Virus record (IMG/VR): IMGVR_UViG_3300044591_002232
Coordinates: 62,001-126,000 of that record
DNA length: 64,000 bases
Reading direction: 5' to 3' (one strand)
Part shown: positions 56,861 to 64,000 of the stretch, piece after piece
Numbering within the stretch: position 1 is the first letter of the stretch
Layout: every line of letters starts with the position of its first letter
Notes under the pieces: generated by a model
The model's input: only the letters and a program-made list of their open reading frames with translations
The model's database searches: none
What the model was told of the DNA's origin: nothing
Translations under genes and position numbers: made by a program

Positions 56861-57861
56861 TGTTTGAGCACTTTTATTACGAGGCCATAAGAAAAACTGT
56901 AATTGCTTTTGGCACTCTATTTAATAATATCTATATAAAGCACAAAAATGATGAAGGAAATGTTGTATCAACTCAAAGGGTTCCCTTTGCTTATGGTCCC
57001 ACCCAAAAATTTCTGGCAAGGCTTGAGCAATCGCCCGATTTAAGTAAGCCAATTCAAATTACAACCCCAAGAATGTCAATGGAGATTGTTGGGCTTTCTT
57101 ATGATTCCCAACGAAAAGGAAATACCATGAGGGGATTTACCGCAAAAGATGAACAAGATAAGCCAAGAAAATCATATCTCCCGGTTCCCTATAATGTAAA
57201 TTTTGAATTAAGTATTTTTACTAAGTTAGAGGATGATATGTTTCAAATTGTGGAACAAATTCTTCCTTATTTTCAACCACATTATACAATTACAATCGTT
57301 GCAATAGAAGAAATTCAAGAGAAAAAAGATATTAAGTTTAATCTTGATAATATCTCAATTACTGATAATTATGAAGGAAACTTTGAGGATAGAAGGGCTC
57401 TTATCTGGACTTTGAAGTTCACCGCAAAGACCTATATGTTTCTTCCAGTCTCTTCGGACTCGATTGAATCCAGTATTATTAATAGAGTTTCTATTGGATT
57501 TGCTGCTGGAAGTGATTCTTCTACTATTTCTAATGATATCAGAATTGCAGTAACACCAAGAGCAACTCAAAATTATACAGGAACGGTGGTTACTAAAGTT
57601 TCTAAAGATGTTTTGTCTGGTGATCAGTTTATTGATGTAGAGGAATCTGTAAATCTTACAAAAGATACTCTTATTCAAATTAATAATGAGACTCTTTATA
57701 TCGAAGAAATTACAGGGACAACAATTAGAGTTCAAAGAGGAATTTTTGATACAAAACCCCAATTACATGTTCTTGGCTCCGATTTGTTAAATATAACTAC
57801 AGTAGATAACATACTCATTCCCCCGAATTCTAATTTTGGATTTCTCTCTGTTTTTAATTAA
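56860..57861 (+). CDS. gp15: Tail sheath stabiliser/terminator gp15
   Basis: FGTLFNNI, VPFAYGP.QKFL, PVPYN, QILPYFQP. Confidence 0.92.
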   Translation: MFEHFYYEAIRKTVIAFGTLFNNIYIKHKNDEGNVVSTQRVPFAYGPTQKFLARLEQSPDLSKPIQITTPRMSMEIVGLSYDSQRKGNTMRGFTAKDEQDKPRKSYLPVPYNVNFELSIFTKLEDDMFQIVEQILPYFQPHYTITIVAIEEIQEKKDIKFNLDNISITDNYEGNFEDRRALIWTLKFTAKTYMFLPVSSDSIESSIINRVSIGFAAGSDSSTISNDIRIAVTPRATQNYTGTVVTKVSKDVLSGDQFIDVEESVNLTKDTLIQINNETLYIEEITGTTIRVQRGIFDTKPQLHVLGSDLLNITTVDNILIPPNSNFGFLSVFN

Positions 57862-57863
57862 TT

Positions 57864-58319
57864 ATGACAACTAAAAAATTCCAGGCTCTTAATGACACTT
57901 TTGAAATTGAAAGCGAGGTTGTTTCAACAGAAATTGAAAAGGTAGAACCCAAGTCAATAGTCAAGGGTTCTTCTGATATTACAGTAGACTATGAGTATTC
58001 TAGGGCCACATTAATGTCCCTAGTCGAAAAGGGACAAGAAGCGATTAATAGTGTTTTAGAATTAGCACAAGAAACTGATTCGGCAAGATCTTTTGAAGTG
58101 GTTGGACAATTAATCAAAACTGTTGCGGATGCTACAGAAAAACTTATGGAAAACCAGAAGAAACTTCGTGATCTTGAAGAGGAGAAAACTTCTGGCAATG
58201 TAACCAATAATGCACTTTTTGTTGGAACAACAAGTGAAGTATTGAATTTATTAAAAAATGAATTGAAAATTAAGCCTAATAAAACCATAAATAATAAGAA
58301 GAACAAGGATCAACAATGA
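57864..58319 (+). CDS. gp16: Terminase small subunit gp16
   Basis: DYEYSR..L, ARSFEV, NNALFVGTT. Confidence 0.9.
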   Translation: MTTKKFQALNDTFEIESEVVSTEIEKVEPKSIVKGSSDITVDYEYSRATLMSLVEKGQEAINSVLELAQETDSARSFEVVGQLIKTVADATEKLMENQKKLRDLEEEKTSGNVTNNALFVGTTSEVLNLLKNELKIKPNKTINNKKNKDQQ

Positions 58320-59572
58320 AAAATCTTTCAGAAGACCATAAAGAAATTCAGTCAGGAAAAAAATTAGATGATGAAGGGTATATGGTTAAAGTGGAGATGG
58401 ATAAAATAGAGCAATCTTTAGAAAAACTTCGGAAGATTATTAAAAAACCGGATATGCAACTTCCAGCCTGGGTCCAGATGAAACTCACAAAATCGAGTGA
58501 TTATTTGGATATTATTGCTGATTATTTGGCTTCTGATGTAAAAATGGAAGAGAATACTTCATTCACTATTAATAAAGAAAAGCATGAAAAAGTAAAATCT
58601 AGCGCAAACAGGACAAAAAAAATAGAAGGACTAACACGATCTCCAAATCCTAATGAAGCTAAAGTGGCCAAAGGAAAATTGGGAACTCAACTTCCACCGA
58701 TTGTCAAAGAAGAAACATCTCTTGTAGATAAAATCCTTTCTGAAATGCTAGGCGATAAGCCTGGAATAGATATCAAGAAAACAAAATCCTTAGATAAAAT
58801 TGCAAAAAAACATAAAGTATCTGTTGAATACCTTGAAAAGCAATTAAAAAAAGGAATCAAAATTGAAATGGAGCACACCACTGATAAGGGGGAGGCCGAA
58901 ATTATTGCTCTTCATCACTTAGAAGAAATTCCTGATTATTATACCCATCTCAATAAGATGGAAAAAAGTGTTGAGATGGAAGAGGCTAAGAAATACATGA
59001 CCAAAGATGAGGATCCTTGTTGGAAAGGTTATGAAATGGTCGGATTTAAAAAGAAAAGGGGTAAAAAAGTTCCTAATTGTGTTCCGGTGAGTGAAGCGAC
59101 AACTCGCCTTCCAATGCAAACTGGTCAGCTTCTTAGAGTTTTGGTCAATTGGCGAGGAAAGCATCTATCGGTTCAAATGTTCTTCCCACAACTTGGAACT
59201 CCAAAAAGAAATGAGATTGCTTATGTGGTAAATCAGATTTATCCAGAAGCTAGAGTAATTTCTTATGTTCCTTGTGAGATGGATTCTAGTACTCCGATTG
59301 TTCAGGTTAAGGAAGACTGGCAGAAAGTTAATAAAAAAGACAGAGTTGATGGAATGAGTCAGAAAGCCGTAAATACTTACCGTAGAGAAAATCCAGGTTC
59401 TAAATTACAAACTGCTGTTACAGAAAAAAATCCAACTGGTAAAAGAATGCAGAGAAGGACTAATTATTGCACAAGATCCAAAGGTCAGCAAGAAATGCAT
59501 AATATTAGTTGCTCTAAAACTCCAGATAAACCAATTTGTAAAGCAAGACGCCGCTGGAATTGTAAAAATTAA
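58316..59572 (+). CDS. Modular hypothetical (probable head-associated) protein
   Basis: LPAWVQ.K, EMEHT..ALHHL.E.PDYY and CWKGY..VPNCVP modules. Confidence 0.7.
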   Translation: MKNLSEDHKEIQSGKKLDDEGYMVKVEMDKIEQSLEKLRKIIKKPDMQLPAWVQMKLTKSSDYLDIIADYLASDVKMEENTSFTINKEKHEKVKSSANRTKKIEGLTRSPNPNEAKVAKGKLGTQLPPIVKEETSLVDKILSEMLGDKPGIDIKKTKSLDKIAKKHKVSVEYLEKQLKKGIKIEMEHTTDKGEAEIIALHHLEEIPDYYTHLNKMEKSVEMEEAKKYMTKDEDPCWKGYEMVGFKKKRGKKVPNCVPVSEATTRLPMQTGQLLRVLVNWRGKHLSVQMFFPQLGTPKRNEIAYVVNQIYPEARVISYVPCEMDSSTPIVQVKEDWQKVNKKDRVDGMSQKAVNTYRRENPGSKLQTAVTEKNPTGKRMQRRTNYCTRSKGQQEMHNISCSKTPDKPICKARRRWNCKN

Positions 59573-59581
59573 TTAATTATT

Positions 59582-61687
59582 ATGTCTGATAAACATTATA
59601 TGGGTAATCCGCTCTTAAAAAGAGCGAATGTTGCCAATGAGTTTTCTCAAGAACAATTATTTGAATTAGCAAAATGTGCGGTTGATCCAGTTTATTTTGC
59701 CAAAAATTACATAAAAATTGTTAACGTTGATGATGGCCTTGTACCATTTGATATGTGGCCTTTTCAAGAAAAGATGCTCAGAACTTTTCATGAGAACCGT
59801 TTTACCATTTGTAAACTACCTAGACAACCATTAGAAAATAATACCCCAATTCCAACACCAAATGGTTATACCAAAATTAAGGACCTAAAAATAGGGGATG
59901 TTGTTTATGATCTAAGTGGAAATAAAACAAAAGTAATAAACAAAGTAAGTTATAAAAACACAGAAAAGTGCTATAAATTATCCTTTAAAGGTCAACATTT
60001 TGAGGAAGATATTGTTTGTGACAAGGATCATTTCTGGCGAGTTTATATAAATGAAAAACCAATTGTATTAACTGCTGAGCAGATTTCTTGTATTAAAGAA
60101 AAAATCACTCTACAAAGAACAAAATTTAATACATTAGTAAATAATTGGAATGAAATTATTGAATTAAAATCAATAAAAGAAGTTAAACCAACTAGTGTTT
60201 CCTGTATTGAAGTAGAAAATAAAGATCACTCTTTTTTATGTGGAAAGAATTTTATTCCAACTATTAATTCTGGGAAAAGCACTACTAGCGTTTCTTTCCT
60301 ACTTCATTATGCTATTTTTAATGAAAAAGTATCCATAGCCATTCTTGCAAACAAAGCATCATCAGCAAAGGATATTCTCTCTAGGCTTCAAGTATCATTT
60401 GAAAATTTACCAAACTGGATGCAACCTGGAGTTAAGTCCTGGAATAAAACATCATTGGAATTAGATAATGGTTCTAAGATCATCACAGCCTCTACCTCAG
60501 CATCATCGGTTCGTGGTGGTTCTTATAATATTATTTTTCTAGACGAATTTGCTTTCGTTCCAAATAATATAGCTGTCAATTTTATGAATTCCGTGTATCC
60601 TACTATTTCTTCTGGTAAAGAAACTAAAGTTATCATATGCAGCACTCCCCAGGGATTAAATTATTTCTATAAAATGTGGGATGAGGCAATAAAAAAATTA
60701 AACGATTATGTTCCTCTTGAAATTAATTGGAATGATGTTCCTGGGAGAGATGAAAAATGGAAAATAAAAACCATCGCAAACTTGGGTGGTGGAGAAGTAG
60801 GGGCAAGAGCCTTTGATCAAGAATTTTCATGTTCTTTCCTGGGATCATCAAATACCCTGGTTTCAGCATCAAAACTGTCATCAATGACTCATAAATCCCC
60901 AATAAGATCTAAAAAAGGTCTGGATATTTATGAAGATCCCATAGAAGGCCATCAATATATGATTAATGTTGACGTAGCAAGAGGAGTTGATCTTGATTAT
61001 TCTGTATTTACAGTTATTGACATAACGAAAATGTCTTATAAATTAGTAGCAAAATATAGAGACAATCAAATTAAACCAATTATGTTTCCATATATCATTA
61101 AAGATGCTGGTTTACATTATAATAAGGCATTTGTACTTTGTGAAACAAATGATGTGGGTGATCAGATCGCAACTGGACTTCATTATGATCTTGAGTATCC
61201 AAATCTATTGACTTGTTTTATTAAAGGAAGAAAGGGACAGGTTTTGGGGCAGGGATTTGGTGGAGACAGAGTTGATTATGGTGTAAAAATGTCCGCTAAT
61301 GTGAAGAAAATCGGATCTCTCAATTTAAAAATGTTACTTGAATCAGATAAATTAATCATTGAAGATTATGACACGATCAGCGAACTCTTCACCTTTGTCC
61401 AAAAATCAAATACCTTTAAGGCCGAAGAAGGGAAAAATGACGACTTGGTTGATTGTCTTGTTACTTTTTCCTGGGCTTCCACCCAAGAATACTTCCGAGA
61501 AATCACTGATGACGATATAAGAAAAAGATTATTTAAAGAAAATGAAGAGCGTGAAGAAGATGACAGTATTTTACCAATAGGTTTTATAGAAACCGGAATA
61601 GAGCCCGAGACCTTTGTTGAAAAAGATTTACTCTGGAATGTAGTTTCTCCGGATGAACTTGTTTCTTTGTGGGATTATAGTTATTAA
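59582..61687 (+). CDS. gp17: Terminase large subunit gp17 (intein-containing)
   Basis: Walker A RQ|SGKS split by an insert; Walker B IIFLDEFAF; RNaseH-like DVARG, DDLVD. Confidence 0.95.
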   Translation: MSDKHYMGNPLLKRANVANEFSQEQLFELAKCAVDPVYFAKNYIKIVNVDDGLVPFDMWPFQEKMLRTFHENRFTICKLPRQPLENNTPIPTPNGYTKIKDLKIGDVVYDLSGNKTKVINKVSYKNTEKCYKLSFKGQHFEEDIVCDKDHFWRVYINEKPIVLTAEQISCIKEKITLQRTKFNTLVNNWNEIIELKSIKEVKPTSVSCIEVENKDHSFLCGKNFIPTINSGKSTTSVSFLLHYAIFNEKVSIAILANKASSAKDILSRLQVSFENLPNWMQPGVKSWNKTSLELDNGSKIITASTSASSVRGGSYNIIFLDEFAFVPNNIAVNFMNSVYPTISSGKETKVIICSTPQGLNYFYKMWDEAIKKLNDYVPLEINWNDVPGRDEKWKIKTIANLGGGEVGARAFDQEFSCSFLGSSNTLVSASKLSSMTHKSPIRSKKGLDIYEDPIEGHQYMINVDVARGVDLDYSVFTVIDITKMSYKLVAKYRDNQIKPIMFPYIIKDAGLHYNKAFVLCETNDVGDQIATGLHYDLEYPNLLTCFIKGRKGQVLGQGFGGDRVDYGVKMSANVKKIGSLNLKMLLESDKLIIEDYDTISELFTFVQKSNTFKAEEGKNDDLVDCLVTFSWASTQEYFREITDDDIRKRLFKENEEREEDDSILPIGFIETGIEPETFVEKDLLWNVVSPDELVSLWDYSY
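59828..60268 (+). mobile_element. Class 3 mini-intein (147 aa)
   Basis: PLENNTPIPTPNG...DHFW...SCIEV...IPTIN|S; no endonuclease domain. Confidence 0.88.
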
Positions 61688-61701
61688 GCTCTCCTTTTTT
61701 C

Positions 61702-61707
61702 TAAATA
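61702..61707 (+). promoter_or_regulatory. Late promoter TAAATA
   Basis: Upstream of the gp18 RBS GGAG. Confidence 0.65.
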
Positions 61708-61737
61708 ATTAATAGCAAGTATATAAAGGGAGTACAA

Positions 61738-63918
61738 ATGGCTACACCTCAATTATCTCCTGGGGTTCTAATTAGGGAAGTTGATCTCACAGTAGGTCGT
61801 GTTGACAATATTTTAGATAATATTGGCGCTATTGCTGGACCTTTTCCAATTGGTCCTGTCGAAGAAGCAGTAGACATCACCACAGAACAGGAACTTATCA
61901 ACGTTTTTGGTAAACCAAAAAATGAAGACTCTCAATATGAATATTGGATTTCAGCATCCTCTTATCTATCTTATGGCGGTATTCTTAAAGTAGCCAGAGT
62001 TGATGACGACAATCTGGTTACTGCGAATGCAATTCGCAATGCTGCTGGTGTTTCTACTGCCGGAGAACCGACTCTAAAAATCAAAAACTTTGATGATTAT
62101 GAACTAAATTATGATGATGATCTGGCCAACTACGTCTTTGCTGCCAAGACTCCTGGTACTTGGGCAAATGGCCTAAAAGTTTGTGTGATTGATGACAAAG
62201 CTGACCAAATTCTGACTGTAAACTCTTCTACCAGATCTGCCGCATCAGTTGGTTTTGGTGTAACAGTTGCTCTTACTAATCAGGTCATTGCCGGAGCCGG
62301 GTCAACTAGCCTCTTTAATGGCCACCTGAAGGGTATTATTACCGGAGTTGGGGCTTCCACTCTTGACGTAAAAATCACCTCGGTTGTTGCCTCTGGTACT
62401 ACTGTAGATATCCCAGTAACTTATCAGCAAAGAAATCAGGCGGCTTCTATTCTGGCTGGCAATACCATTTCAGTTGTAAACAGCTCAGGTTCTGCTACCA
62501 CTACTCATACTCTTGCTGCTAGTTCAGTAAAAGACTGGTATGATGAGCAATTCCTTGAGCTGGATAATAGCCGAATTCTATGGAGTTCTATTGCTCCTAA
62601 ACCAACCACTACTCAGTTTGCCCTAGAGCGTAGTGCCAAAAATGATTCCATTCATGTTGCCATTGTTGACGATAGCGGTAGCGTAACCGGAATTCAAGGT
62701 AATCTGATAGAGAAGCATCTGTTCCTCTCCAAGGCATCTGATGCAATTTCTGCAGTAAATCCTGCGCAGAAGAATTTCTGGAAGATTTACATCGCCCAGT
62801 TCTCCAATTATGTTTATGCTGGCGATAACCCTTCAGACAATTCTAATCCAAATGAAGTAGTAGTACAAACTGGATTTGCCTCTGGTTTTACTGGTCTTTC
62901 CACTTCACAGGGTCAATGGAATCTTCCTGCCCAAGACAAGACCTTCAGCGCCCTAGGAAACGTTACTTACAATCTCTCTGGTGGTAAGAACTACACACCA
63001 ACTGATGGCTACACCGCAACTCTGGGTGGTCTTGTTAGTGCATATCGCCTCTTCTCTAACCGAGATGAAATTGAGGTTGATTATCTAATTATGGGTCCTG
63101 GTCTTGGTAATAAATTTGAATCACAGGCAAAGGCCCAAGAACTGATTTCAATTGCGAATAATCGTAAGGATTGTATTGCAGTGATTTCTCCTCATCGGGG
63201 CGATGTAGTAGACATCAGTGACTCAAATCAGCAAACCGATGAGATTATTGAGTTCTTCTCCCCATTGAGTTCTTCTTCCTATGCTGTTTTTGATAGCGGT
63301 TATAAGTACACCTTTGATCGTTTCAATAACAAGTTCCGTTACATTCCTTGCAATGCTGACGTTGCAGGTCTAATGGTAAGAACCGCGATTGAACTTTATC
63401 CTTGGTTCTCTCCTGCTGGTCAGCAAAGAGGTATCCTAAACAATGCTATCAAACTGGCCTACAATCCAAACAAGGCCCAGAGAGATCGTTTGTATCCTCT
63501 ACGGATCAATTCCATTGTAAACCAGCCTGGTATCGGGGCTCTTCTGTTTGGTGACAGAACTGCTCTTGGATTTGCCTCAGCATTTGATCGTATCAATGTC
63601 AGAAAGCTATTCCTTACTGTTGAAAAGGCTCTTGAAAGAACTGCTCAGGCTCAACTCTTTGAGCTGAATGATGCCATTACCAGAGCAAACTTTATCAATA
63701 TTGTTGAGCCCTATCTAAGGGATGTTCAGGCAAAACGAGGTCTGATTGATTTCCGGGTGATCTGTGACGAAACTAATAACACTCCAGATGTTATTGATAA
63801 TAATGAATTTAGAGCAGACATTTTCCTAAAGCCCACCAAGTCTATCAACTATGTAACTCTTACATTCGTTGCTACTAGAACTGGGGTTAGCTTTGAAGAA
63901 GTGACTGGACGAGTTTAA
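61738..63918 (+). CDS. gp18: Tail sheath protein gp18
   Basis: SPGVLIREVDL, PWFSPAG, FDRINVRKLF, KSINYV. Confidence 0.96.
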   Translation: MATPQLSPGVLIREVDLTVGRVDNILDNIGAIAGPFPIGPVEEAVDITTEQELINVFGKPKNEDSQYEYWISASSYLSYGGILKVARVDDDNLVTANAIRNAAGVSTAGEPTLKIKNFDDYELNYDDDLANYVFAAKTPGTWANGLKVCVIDDKADQILTVNSSTRSAASVGFGVTVALTNQVIAGAGSTSLFNGHLKGIITGVGASTLDVKITSVVASGTTVDIPVTYQQRNQAASILAGNTISVVNSSGSATTTHTLAASSVKDWYDEQFLELDNSRILWSSIAPKPTTTQFALERSAKNDSIHVAIVDDSGSVTGIQGNLIEKHLFLSKASDAISAVNPAQKNFWKIYIAQFSNYVYAGDNPSDNSNPNEVVVQTGFASGFTGLSTSQGQWNLPAQDKTFSALGNVTYNLSGGKNYTPTDGYTATLGGLVSAYRLFSNRDEIEVDYLIMGPGLGNKFESQAKAQELISIANNRKDCIAVISPHRGDVVDISDSNQQTDEIIEFFSPLSSSSYAVFDSGYKYTFDRFNNKFRYIPCNADVAGLMVRTAIELYPWFSPAGQQRGILNNAIKLAYNPNKAQRDRLYPLRINSIVNQPGIGALLFGDRTALGFASAFDRINVRKLFLTVEKALERTAQAQLFELNDAITRANFINIVEPYLRDVQAKRGLIDFRVICDETNNTPDVIDNNEFRADIFLKPTKSINYVTLTFVATRTGVSFEEVTGRV

Positions 63919-63953
63919 TTATAAACCCATTAACTTAAGGAGGATTTTCTAAA

Positions 63954-64000
63954 ATGTCTACTTTACGCACAATCAACGGTTTTAAATCAGCCCTAAAAGG
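63954..64000 (+). CDS. gp19: Tail tube protein gp19 (5' end, partial)
   Basis: AGGAGG RBS; MSTLRTINGFKSALK; follows gp18. Confidence 0.75.
   Translation, partial: MSTLRTINGFKSALK

Noticed and set aside
33402-59572. Numerous 60-135 aa antisense or alternate-frame ORFs within structural genes
   Set aside because: Fully nested in long conserved genes and low complexity; shadow ORFs.
1-64000. DGR template repeat or reverse transcriptase
   Set aside because: No second copy of 6471-6611 and no RT motifs found by eye in this window.

Overview
AT-rich segment of a T4-like myovirus genome, most likely a cyanophage (inferred from gene families and gene order). Bases 1-26200 are a hyperplastic early region of about 70 small, mostly + strand ORFs arranged as promoter-bounded cassettes. 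It has at least 23 copies of an 18-bp palindrome (GNCASYT-N4-AASTGNC), usually 39-41 bp upstream of a -10 box, and a second 19-bp palindrome family in five promoters. It also has an array of 8 conserved intergenic elements (19410-25300) that look like structured small RNAs transcribed antisense from divergent sigma70-type promoters. The same region holds a probable DGR target gene, a degenerate IS605 element with intact tnpB and internally deleted tnpA, HNH genes and an AT-rich repeat tract. Bases 26670-31100 contain a glycosyltransferase, a double-HNH endonuclease, conserved small genes and a GNAT with a capsid-targeting-like leader. Bases 31115-64000 are the core structural module: gp25, gp6, gp7, gp8, a VrlC/DUF4815-like protein, gp13-gp16, gp17 with a class 3 mini-intein, gp18 and the start of gp19. 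Family names come from motif recognition only; no database searches were run.
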